From Lytechinus pictus (taxonomy: Eukaryota), in contig NC_087251.1 of assembly GCF_037042905.1 (NCBI RefSeq), forward strand, positions 14,820,001-14,884,000: a stretch of DNA of 64,000 bases, given 5' to 3'. The stretch's first letter is position 1. Each line of letters opens with the position of its first letter. This document shows, in pieces, positions 52,970 through 64,000 of this stretch. The translations under genes were made by a program, and so were the position numbers. A model generated the notes under the pieces. It did no database searches. It was not told where the DNA came from and saw only the letters and a program-made list of their open reading frames with translations.

Positions 52970-55900
52970 TTATGTCCTCTGAATCATGATCTGAAATTTA
53001 CCTGCAAGTCAAAATAACATTAGGATAACATAACAGAGTAAAGCATAACTTCTTATTCAGGTAGATACATTCCACCTTGACACATAGCATAAATATCATT
53101 ATCAAGAGGCCCACTTATCCCTCATCAACCTTTTACAATGTCTTTGTCTTAGCAGATATGATTTATGGTTTTGACAGCAAGATTGATTATAGTTATAAGA
53201 TTTGCTGTGGAATTTTGAATCATCTAGCATCATTAGTGTGCTTAATGCCTGACATTAATCTTGAACAATGCTACATACCATTCACATTTGCCTTATATCT
53301 GCAGCAAGAATGAAATATGAAACAATACACTTTCAAATGCATGAAAATAAAGTATGTCCCACTGAATACCATTTTAGATTTCCAAAATGGGTAATTTTGG
53401 ATTAACTTGAATAAACAAAATATCTTTAAGAATATTAGAACTGGAAAATACAGAGAAGATGAATCTAGTAACATTAATATAGAATTACCCTGTAGATGAT
53501 CATACTTACATGCTGGCATAGTGCTGACTTCTGCTGTCACGACACAGTTGACTCCTAAGTTTGCCAGACCACCTCGTATTAAACCACATGGGAATGCTAA
53601 GTACTGTAAGAAACAAAAAAGGAAAATATGACTGACTTTAAAACAATCTAGTGATCTTGCTACAAATATACCAAATGATAGATTAAATTAGAAATGAATT
53701 GCTCAGTTATTGGCAAAATAAGCAAGGCCTTCATACCGAGAGATATTTTGTCCAAGATGTAACGTTACACATGTGACATGCTATAACTTGTCCTTGATTG
53801 AGTTGCTAATAATCAGTGCTTTTTTAGCTTTACTTTTTTTTGCCGGGATTCCTTAATTTCATATTTGCTGGCATTAATATGGAATAGAAAATTATGATAT
53901 GAAAATAAATAATATTCAAATCAACTTGAAATACCTTTCATCATGATTATTGCTGATTATAACTTCTTGATTTAAACAAAACAAAGAAAAATATAAGGAT
54001 ATTCACCATATCTGATAAGTTTAACAAAAATATTTTACAAAGATTACTGAATGTAATCAATCAATTGGAGAGGTATAAGGCTAACAGCAAGCTTCTCCCA
54101 CACTCATTCTTGACTTAAACACATTCAAACAACATGATATTTTGAAGATATTATGTAACTACTTACTATCTAGTCTGCAGGCACAGACCATTATTAAAAC
54201 TTCAACCAAAAAGTGGGTCCTGAGACAAGTCTAGCACACAAATTTTACAATTTTATAATCCATTCAGCACTGGTAGGTTTCGAATTCGGATCATTTTTCT
54301 TTTTCACCAAATCAAGATTTGTGCTGACAAGCTATCATACATCTGTGATTCAAATACATGTAGTCACAATGGTGAGTATACATGTATGCTCCCTACCAAA
54401 GGTCTCTGGAGATCTGACAAGGTATGATTTTAACTAATAAAAGTAATAAATGAAATGAACTTCTCTCACCCGTGGTGCTGATTCAATATACTGTTTGCCA
54501 GAGGACATCTGAGTGAGCAGTCTGAATTTGTTATCTTGCAAAACATACACCCCCTGTGACATGAGAAAATAAAAGATAGATTAAAACATAATTATACCGA
54601 GCTTAAAGTCATATGGAATATACGGTGTGAACTCACTCCATTATAAATACAAATAAGTTCAAATTAAACCACAAGAGGAAATACTTCATGAAGATAATTG
54701 TTTTAAGAATCCCCCTCACCTGATGGTTTGTTCTGAGATTATCAACCTGCTTCTTGTAGACCCCATTCCATAGATCCTTGCACACAAATTTGATGATGTC
54801 CAGTTCACTGCTGAATCGAGGGCTGTCTCTCGTGAACTTCTCAATCAGACTCTGACCCACTCGATAACCCATCTGCTCTAGCTTGGAAATCACTTTATCC
54901 TGAAATAATTGCAAGGCAGAAACGATCACAGTAAACGTCTCTAGAGTATGTAGGCAATTGATTACAACAGAATCAAGAATGCAATTTTAGATTAATTGTA
55001 GTTTAAATAGTTTCAAATTGGTTGCATGCATTGCTTGAGACATTGCATATGCTCACTACGATTCATTTTGCTTAATTTAACAAAACAGTTATATGTGCAC
55101 ATCTAGATCGGTAAGAAAATTAAGGAACTATGACGTTTCTCACTTACTATTTCTTTTTCTTTTTTTAAATATGAAATATATTCTCCTCTTAATGTGAAAA
55201 CAAAGTTTGACTGCTCCTCCAACTATGGAGTTTAAATTTATTTATTGCGATATGATAAACGAGTCTCCATATCCATATTACAAAATCTGCAAAAAATTGT
55301 ATCTACAAAAGTACAAAAGAAAAAGTGAAAATGACTCGATCTAAATTGCATATCACCACGTCACAGTGGCAAATTGCCCATTGACTGCGTTCAACTAATA
55401 GTCCAGCTCTGCATGGTGATTTGGAGACCGCTGATTGGTTCATTGAAACAACGAGTGATTTCAAGTTCGGAGTTCGTAGCGTGAAAAGGCTGTTGAATCG
55501 AACTCTAACACCGAGCTCGATCCACAGGAACGATACCGTTCGCGCTTCGATAGCCTATGACGTCATGCCTCTGCACTGCTGATCATCTTAACTTCACGCG
55601 AGAACTTCTCAACAACGAAAGTGAAAGTGGGGAGAAATTACAGTACATCTCATCTTACAGAATGCAAAGGCTGAAAATACTTCAAGAATCCAAAATAATG
55701 TTGTCCATTCATGTGTATAACGAGGCTCTAATGATTTGCACTCATCTTGTCTGTCAAAATCTAATTTCAGCCTGTTCACTGCCTGTTTGTGGGCTTCAAA
55801 TCACCACATCAACACGAAACTTGAAATCACGAGTTTCCCATTCTCTGGGGGTGGTGTTGGTGAATGGGGAAATTACACGTAGATCGTCAACATCAGCTGT

Positions 55901-58900
55901 GATGCTCGGTTCAGCAGACATTCAACACCAGCGCTCAACACGAACTGCCAGAAATATGTCATATTTTCCAAGGTCAATCCCTACACTTGCATCATTTCAA
56001 GTATGGTGTTGTGGCTGGTGTTGCTGTTTTCACTCGGTCGATTGGACAGATTCCTGGAATGGAGATATGGTACGAACCATTTGGATATGCTTATAACGCC
56101 ATGCTCAATGTCCAACTGAACGACGGTATCGATTTACCGACATCGTATGAAGGAAACGAAGCTATCTACATTAAGGCTTCTCAATATATTGGGAGGGTGA
56201 TGTCAAGGACATTTCAACCCGAAGGACTATCATATGAAAAACTAAAGAAGATGTTAGAGAGTTCCACTGCAGAGGTGGTCTTTGTGAAAGATATAGGTCT
56301 TGCAATGCAGCGTGATGATCTCAGAGAGTTGATTCCTAAAGGATATCGCCATTCCTTTTTTATCCGGCATCCTCTCCTGATGTACTCATCACTTCATAAA
56401 GCTAACTATCAACATCTGAAGGGCAATAATCTCCTGCATGAAGATGAAACATGTGAAACTGAATTTGATATGAGAAGGCACATAGAAATGAACAACCCCT
56501 TTGATTACTACAGAAGTCTGTATGATCTTTGGAAGTACATCAAGGAAACTATTGATCCTGAACCAGTAATTCTTGATGCTTCAGATTTGCAAAGGAATCC
56601 CTCTGCGGTGCTTCCTCTCTACTGCAAGGCGGTAGGACTGCCATTTACCAACAACATGCTCGGATGGGAAAATGCTCCTCTGGATGATATTCAGTCATGG
56701 AACACCACTTGTAATATTAACATTCACATAGGATTTTTTGAAGGAGTGTTATCAACCACAAGGTTCTCTCCACCCAAAGACCTCCCATCACGTGATAAAT
56801 TGACCCCTGACGTCATCGAGCTAGCTGATGCAGCTTAACCGTTTTACGAAGAAATGTACAAAAATCGTTTACATTGAAAATTAATAATTATAAAAAAAGA
56901 AGAGAGAGTTTCAATACATTTTTTCTCAAGATAGATCTTAACACGTTGCATATTATTATCTTGATATCTTAGAACCATTTATGTATATCATTATCAGTCT
57001 ATGTTTACAACCACTTGAAGTGGGGCAGAAGGCTGGTTGCCACACGTATTCAGTTACGTATTTCTGCCCATGGTATTCCAGTGGTTTATTTCTATTATGT
57101 ATCTTTAATTCTGTGCTATCTGCATTGTTATGTTATCTTCATTTTGGCAAAGAAATAGAATATTAATAGTAGATTTAATTTTGCCTACTTTTTAATCTTT
57201 AATATCAAACAATTTTATGGATCTAAATGATGATTTTAAATTACCTTGTGGTTTTGTTTGCCTTTCTGTGATGCATACCATTGTATAGTGGGAGCTTTCG
57301 AAAATAGGGCTAGTTTAGAAATGGCTCAAATCCTTTCTTACAGATCGGAGACAACGAGTGATTTTTCAGGGTTTCTCTTCCACTTGGGTGAATGTATCTT
57401 CAGGCGTGCCCCAAGGGAGCTGCCTAGGCCCACTACTCTTTAACCTCTTTATTAACGACATTTCCTCACAACTCTCTTCTTCATGTGTTCTTTTCGCAGA
57501 TGATATCCTCCTATATCGTACTATCACTTCCCCCGAAGACGAAAACATTTTTCAGAATGACTTGAATTTGTTACATGTTTGGTCCCTTCTCAACTCTATG
57601 TCTTTCAATTTGTCGAAATGCAAAATCATGCATGTGACAAGAAGTAGGAAAACTCAATTCCCTTTATACACTTTGAATAACTCCTGATTGACAACTGTAT
57701 CCTCGTTTAGGTACCTTGGCATCACAATAAGCAATAATCTACAATGGAAACTACATGTTGATAATGTTGTAAGCAGGGCAAATCGCCTTCTCGGCTTCAT
57801 TAGACTAATTGCAGGCAAGTCTTCTACTGTTTCAATATTCTCACTTTATAAGTCTCTTATCCTCCCTATATTGGAATATGCCTACCCAGCGTGGCATCCT
57901 AACACCATTCAACAGGAAAAGCAACTAGAAAGAGTGCAGCGAACAGCTACACGTCTGGCCCTCAAGCAGCGGAAGGGAGATATGTCTTATGAAGATAGAC
58001 TCTCGCGCCTCAATTGGTCTAGTCTTGCCTCAAGAAGGGATTATTTGCTCTGTTCCTTTAATTTCAAATGTTTACATGGTCACATTCAATGTGAATCTCT
58101 CTCACGAAATGTCCTCATCAATTCCCGTCATCAAGAGCTCCTTACATTTTGTCATCCGTCTTCTCGAACACAAGCTCTCTTTCTCTCACCCTCTCGCCGT
58201 TTCCCAAGAATATGGAATGCTCTCTCCACTGAAGTTAGGGATGCTGCTGTTCTCAATTCATTACCTTCCTTCCTCCTTTCTCTAAAACAATCCCTCTTTG
58301 CCACAAGATAAGAAACAAGACTAATTTTAACTTCATTTTTGTTTGGGCTTCTTAAATTATAAATTATTATATTCTTAATTATATTCCATTCTATTAGATA
58401 TGCTTATATTAATTTACTGTGTTTATCTCCACATTGCCAGATTAGATCAGAATAGTATTACAATACTCATCATCATTGTTTTTCTTCACCAGTCTACTTA
58501 TTAATGACCAGTTGACTACCTTTCTAATTATTACTTTCAGTCATTCTCTAGTTATATGTAAACATCAATCAGCTTCTGCATTTCATTATTATTTTATAGA
58601 AATTTCGCCAAACATTGGGCTAGATTATATTTTTTGTAATTTGTTTTCTAAGTTGATATTTGTACGCAGTGCTACATGTGGGGGTGATATGCTTCCGAGC
58701 AACAGCTATTTATTATGCTTTTATCACCCCTGACCAGCATGTAGCACTGCTCCATTCTGTATTGGTTGTTTTTACCATGTATAATGTCATCTATGTTTGT
58801 ATCATGATTTGGTCAAATAAATAATAATAATACTAAACCCACCCACCGTGCGTGCTTTGCACGCACCGAGGCCGCTGTGCAGCTTGCGAGTTGCGTCGCT

Positions 58901-61900
58901 TTGCACTGCCAAGCGTCTGGATCTGGATGTATACGATGCATGGCCCACCGCGCATAAACGTATCAGGTACTTGACCTGAATTTTGCCGGGACCGGCAGGT
59001 GCAATACACCGGGTGAACACCCTACTCTTTGACGAATAGTGTATTGGTTTTAACGTGCATCTAGGTTGTGACTATACACGGGACCAACATTTGCGTCCTT
59101 TCCGATGGACGGAGTGTTTTCCAACTGCATTCACACCTGCACTGAATACAATGGTGAGGCACTCTAACACACAACGCTATAGCATCAGACCTTTTTGTTA
59201 GAAGCGTTTAGGCATGAGCGGGACTCGAACCCCTCACGTTGAGATCTACAATTTTATCCGAAACATGCGCTCTCTAAGTCTAACCGACTGAGCTACGCTG
59301 CCTCCCTAGAATGAACCTGGCAAGAACTTTGCCGCCCGGTATATATTTAGTTCCTAAGACCCCGTATTTTACCCTTGTGGTCAGTTCCTTAGACCCCCAT
59401 TTCAGGGTTTCTTGAGGCACACCCCCATCAAATATAATTTGATTTTGATTGCCCTAGCCCCGGCCCGGGGCTTGAGTTTGAGATTCTGACTTTTCAATGA
59501 TTCTAAATCTAATATAATTAATATTAGACAGCTGGCAGCCGTCTGTTTTGAGGAGAGTTTTAACATTTTTGATTTTTTTTTTTTAATTTCTCCTTGTACA
59601 CAGACGGCTCGCTATCGTGCAGCCACCATTAGGGGGTTAACAATGCAAAATTCCCCCCGACGGGGCATCATCGATTTTCGTCTTTATTTCATAAAAATAT
59701 ATAAAAAGAACTGTACCAAAATAAAGATTATTATTCTATTCCGTTTTGGCCTGAAATGCACCAAAACGGGGAAAAATAAACTTAAAAGGTGGAAAAACAG
59801 CGACTTACTTCGGCTGTCGCGCAACTTCACACTTCCCTGTTTTATCCGAACTTAATACATAAACATGTGGCCATTGAGTCCCTGTACAGATCGAGCTACA
59901 ACTTCGGTCTCTGTATTTGGTGAGTGGAGCGAACGGAGTTCAGCGGAACAACCAACATAACAGAGACCTATGGAGATTGTGGCTGGATCATGGGCGCACG
60001 CATGGTACGCATAGTGCTGCGACGGACCATGCGTACGACCACGCCATAAGTATATAAATAGCCCCAATCTCCGAGTGATTCAAGTTAGTTTCTCAGTTTA
60101 TAAAGTTCAGTCAGTTGTTGGTTCCAGTCAGTTTCAGAGTACAGAGTTTGTCTTGTGAGAATACACGTCGAGTCAATGGACATCTAGTGGTAGCCATCGC
60201 CCGCATCGCGTATCGATTATCAGCAGCTTCATCATGTATGGATACTCCGAGGACATTACCAGACGCAGATCCTAAGAAGGACTGATCAAGGGATCAAGGT
60301 AAACCCTCGTCTCTATAGGCTCAGGTGGGCAGACCGAAGCTTTTGAAGTTTTGGTCTAGAGTACCAGCGCAACAAAAAGAAGCAACAAAAAGTTAAAATT
60401 TAGTAGAATTAATCAAAATTGTATTGACCAGACCCAAACCCCGCTGAAAAACCAAGAAATCTGATAGGAAACGGCTTTAGAACAAATATCCGTCGTCAAT
60501 CGTCGAATCATGTGCCGGAGCTCGCAGTGGAAGTAGTGAGACGATAATTTAGCATGTTGACATCATAGAACTGATTTTGAAGAGTAAAAATATTTCGCCA
60601 CCGCGACAAGAATCGGCCGAAAACAAGATGGCGGCGTAAACATCGGGCAAGTCGCTTCCGTCTATTCATGATATTTTTCTCATTTTTTTTTGATGAATTC
60701 TTGTCTAAAAATAAAATCCATAGCATAGAAATGTCGGAAATGAAGTTGTATCCCATGTACATGATTTAGGGCTAGATCTTTTAGAAAGAAAGTAGAAATC
60801 TCGGGGGCGAAAGTTTCAGGTTTTTTGGTGGTACACGCAAAAGTATATGACGGAAGCCCTGGCTTCGTATGAGAGTGACCTTACGTTAGTAAATGATTTT
60901 TACTCTCTAGAAGCCGCCTGGCTAGGCCCGCCCACGCACAGATGCAGTTACTCTATAGTAGGCCTATATTCATAGGGTGTCTGAAGCCACACTGAAAAGT
61001 GTCAGCATAAGACAGGCTGATTTAGGGGAAAATATGGCACATTTTTTTCGGGAAGTTCAGGCTACTAGAAAAATGTGATCTGAATTGATTATTAACTTGT
61101 GTTTGGCATGTATGGAAAGAGAAAATTCAGGGGCTTCTTTTGACAGTAAGGACAAGTTTGTATGATCATTTTAAATAAGGATTTAGAGATAAATTGCAAA
61201 CCCTTATTTTTGTGTGTGTTGAGATTGCCATTTCCCCATGCGTTTTCTATGGGAAAATTAAATTTCTGTTTTGCACAATTTTTTCACTTTGTCGCAATTT
61301 TTCATTGTGATCTGGTTTCCAAATCTTTATAAAAATCATACCATCAGAAAGAGCATAAAAAATCCTATTGGACTCTTTATGGACAAGTTTTTGGCATTAA
61401 TAATAAATTTATAACAGCTCTCGGAAGCTAAAAATTTGGATTTGTGTGTGTCCATTTCTTAACTAGGGCCTAGTAGTAGTACCGGTATTAACTTACAAGT
61501 TACACAGTCTATGGCAGAGAAATGCTGGAAATTGACCTAATTTCATTCTTCTTTTTTGCAGCCAATAATCAGATTTTTTTCAAAAATGTTACATTTCTGT
61601 CAGTCTGAAGGTCATTTCTCTTCAAATTCACAAAGAAAATGTGATATTTTCTTGAAATAAGAAAAATAATATTTTTCTCCAGAGTCCAGACACCCTATAA
61701 TATAACCCAGAGAGCTCCCGCCCGCACAGCGGGCGGGAGCCCAGAAGCTCACAGTGTATTCTACCATTGCCACCGGACAAGGGTGATTTATGGTCTAAAT
61801 ATTTCTCCAAATGAATTGTGAAAACAAAAAGTGTACAATTACCACGATTATATGGATGAAGGTCTAGCGAGTGGCAGATTCCTGACATCTGAGCACAGTC

Positions 61901-62646
61901 TGGAACCTCAAAAAAAACAAAAGTTCTTTCCTTCTACCCAGTCTCGATCGGCCGTTTTGTTACGATTTTTAACAAAAATGGCCGATCGAGACGGGGTAGA
62001 AGCAGAGAACTTTTCGTTTTTTTGAGGTTCCAGACTGTGCTCAGATGTCAGGAATCTGCCACTCGCTAGACCTTCATCCATATAATCGTGGTAATTGTAC
62101 ACTTTTTGTTTTCACAATTCATTTGGAGAAATATTTAGACCATAAATCACCCTTGTCCGGTGGCAATGGTAGAATACACTGTGAGCTTCTGGGCTCCCGC
62201 CCGCTGCGCGGACGGGAGCTCTCTGGGTTACCTATAATATTAATAATAATATTAGGCCTAATATTATTAAACTTGGAATCACAAATTGATACATTTGTTC
62301 CTCGAATAGATGGAGTAAAGAACTGATGACATAAGCCAAAACTTTTAATATTCTAAATTAGAGTCTACTAAATAAAAATATGGAAGATTTCCCCGCGAGT
62401 CTCCACTACGTGGTTCACCGGTTCCTTAATCTTGAGCCCCGCCGCCGATACGGGGAAACTCACCGAGCCTACACGGTAAACCGCAGTTTGGTGGGAGTGG
62501 CAGTGCCAGTGCAGTGGCACCAGTGCCCCTTTCTCTCTAAATTTAGACCAAGTGTCATAGTTTACCTTTTCATCTGAGTTTGTTGTTCGCTGCACAAAGT
62601 CTACTACTTCCATATGGAGAAAGTCAAAAATAAAATCATCTGCCAT
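52970..62646 (-). CDS. TRAPPC6B: Trafficking protein particle complex subunit 6 (TRAPPC6A/B, Trs33 homolog), 156 aa. Exons 62646-62566, 54899-54720, 54553-54470, 53603-53510, 53001-52970
   Basis: Joined translation MADDFIFDFLHMEVV...KLEQMGYRVGQSLIEKFTRD..RF..ELDIIKFVCKDLW...KKQVDNLRTNHQGVYVLQDNKFRLL...YLAFPCGLIRGGLANLG...VTAEVSTMPACKFQIMIQRT*. All introns GT-AG (471 nt). Confidence 0.94.
55956..56877 (+). pseudogene. Intronless sulfotransferase-like gene (BCAT-like N-terminal / Sulfotransfer_5-type family) nested antisense in TRAPPC6 intron 1, apparently disrupted
   Basis: Motifs IWYEPF, VFVKD, GYRHSFFIRHP, PVILDASDLQRNP...YCKAVGLPF...MLGW. Apparent frameshift near 56005-56025 where the W..PRS.ST loop is expected. 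In-frame TAA at 56836 is followed by PFYEEMYKNRLH*. Confidence 0.72.
57319..58800 (+). mobile_element. 5'-truncated CR1/L2-group LINE: RT C-terminal half (57319-58311) plus 3' UTR
   Basis: WLKSFLTDRRQRV, SGVPQGSCLGPLLF, LFADD, FNLSKCK, YLGI and LERVQRTATR motifs. In-frame TGA at 57685-57687. 3' UTR stem gggtgata...tatcaccc (~58682-58729). Confidence 0.9.
58818..59305 (-). mobile_element. tRNA-derived SINE with Deu/Nin-like central domain
   Basis: Minus strand: A box tagctcagtcggttaga, B box ggttcgagtccc, central gcacgttaaaa...cactattcgtcaaagagtagggtgttcacccggtg, and a (TAT)n tail. Confidence 0.75.
60973..61697. mobile_element. MITE with short TIRs tagggtgtctg / cagacacccta
   Basis: 11-bp perfect terminal inverted match. 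Superfamily uncertain. Confidence 0.55.
61703..62230. mobile_element. Palindromic (foldback) MITE with 9-bp TSD CCTATAATA, MULE-like
   Basis: Arms of ~260 bp are near-perfect reverse complements. TSD at 61694-61702 and 62231-62239. Confidence 0.9.
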
Positions 62647-63349
62647 TTTCACTGGAGAAAGTAGTTTAAGTTAGAGATGAAAAATTGGCTCCGCGATATC
62701 CGAGCAAATTTCAGCTGGCCTGCATCTGCGAGCTGCTAATACCAATACAGTGTGCATACGCTTCAGCTATACCGTATGGATGCTAAACTCCAATTGTGCT
62801 AAAACAAAAAGTGAAATCCACTGTCATTTTTCACCAAACTTTGCAGATAGATACTTTAGTACCTGAATATTCCAAATATGCAAAAATTAACACGGGTTAA
62901 TTGTGGAACGTCCTTAAATGTGCACAGATCATGATGTGCACAAATATATGTCCTTAAAAGAGGGGACATTCTTTCTATAAAATTAAAAAGTCTCTCTCTG
63001 ATTGGGACAAGGAAGGCCATAATTGCTGCGAGATTATTCCAGAGTATGCTAAACATTTAAGGACCTTTTTGTTTGTTTATGGGTATATCTTTGCAATAAT
63101 TTCAGTCTGTACATAAAAAGGAATCAGACACAGTCTACACATATAGCTATCTTGTAAACGCTGATTAAAATTTTTGCTGGAACTAATTAGAATCTATATC
63201 CCTCCTCAACTTTTAAAAGATTCAATTGGTCACTTTCCTGTCATTTTCCTATATTCTTTTGTCCTCCTTTTTACAAATGGTTCATAACTTTCATTGCTGA
63301 CTTTTCACATACCGGGTATCTGGATCATGAAGTCAAATACATGTAGGTC

Positions 63350-63748
63350 GGTAAATTGCCAATTCGTCTACTCCCAGCTCATCCACTCACCACATGGTCT
63401 ACTTTCATTTAGTCTATAATGCCATTCTGTCCATCGAACACTCAAACAACCATTTGGTCCAAATAGCCACTTGGTCCAAGAGTCACTTCGTCTAATTACC
63501 ATTTCGTCTATGACCAGTTGGTCTAATATCCACTTCATATTCATTCATTTTGCACAATTAACATTTAGTCTAATTAGGCAAAATGTATATGGACTAAATT
63601 ACTATTGGACCAACTGGTTATAAGATGAAATGGTGAGTGGACGGATTGGCAATTAAACCATGTGGATAGTGGACGTCGAACTGATGATAGACCAAATGAT
63701 GAGTTGGCGATAGGACAAAATTGGCATTAGACGAATTGAAACTAAACC
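63350..63748. mobile_element. Non-autonomous TIR element built from ~20-bp subrepeats
   Basis: aattgccaattcgtcta / tagacgaattg and gacggattggcaatt inverted ends, with repeated ttggtct/agaccaa units. Confidence 0.55.
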
Positions 63749-64000
63749 AGTAGTACTATATCCAGGTCTATAAAATAATGCTGACATGATACCAAAATCT
63801 TTCACTTCCAAAGACCCTTTTATGACACTAGGCTCCAGTTTCTTCACTATTTTCAGTATTCATACTTTATTTATTGCCACTCAGTACCCCCCAGCCCCAA
63901 ATGCTCTCTCTCCTTCCCTCTCTCCCTCTCTGACATCATCTTCCCCTGCCCCCCCCCCCTCCCTCTCTCTCTTTGTATCCTGGTTGTTTTCCCTTTCAAC

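Noticed and set aside
56836..56877. Programmed stop-codon readthrough in the sulfotransferase-like ORF
   Set aside because: TAA is a poor readthrough codon and a second lesion exists at the 5' end, so pseudogenisation is simpler.
59210..59305. Functional tRNA gene
   Set aside because: A and B boxes are present, but the cloverleaf is disrupted and the sequence continues into a SINE body and tail.
61628..62326. Pairs of identical ORFs on opposite strands
   Set aside because: Artefact of the palindromic MITE.

Overview
Eukaryotic (animal) genomic DNA: AT-rich, intron-rich and dense in repeats. The gene and repeat content fits an invertebrate deuterostome, probably a sea urchin (inference). Three spliced host genes can be rebuilt by hand from GT-AG exons: the 5' part of an ankyrin-repeat gene (minus strand, ATG 26019, running off the left edge), a complete cryptochrome-DASH gene (plus strand, 37279-46205, 13 coding exons, 529 aa) and a complete TRAPPC6 gene (minus strand, 62646-52970, 5 exons, 156 aa). 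TRAPPC6 intron 1 holds an antisense, disrupted sulfotransferase-like gene, a CR1/L2-type LINE fragment, a Deu-domain SINE and a 528-bp palindromic MITE. The most unusual object is a young non-autonomous Gypsy-type LTR element (20586-24852). Its single intact ORF has only a coiled coil, a KxTQT motif, an integrase HHCC zinc finger and an SR/PR-rich tail. It has a truncated 5' LTR and a 155-bp flanking duplication instead of a normal TSD. Other notable signals are tandem canonical E-boxes at the CRY-DASH promoter, a 34-bp pure-palindrome insertion with an 8-bp TSD next to a CTCF-like site, tRNA-Leu 3' fragments in a CRY-DASH intron, and Helentron/DINE-like elements carrying ~164-bp satellite arrays. 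Most supplied ORFs are spurious. All calls were made by eye without database searches.
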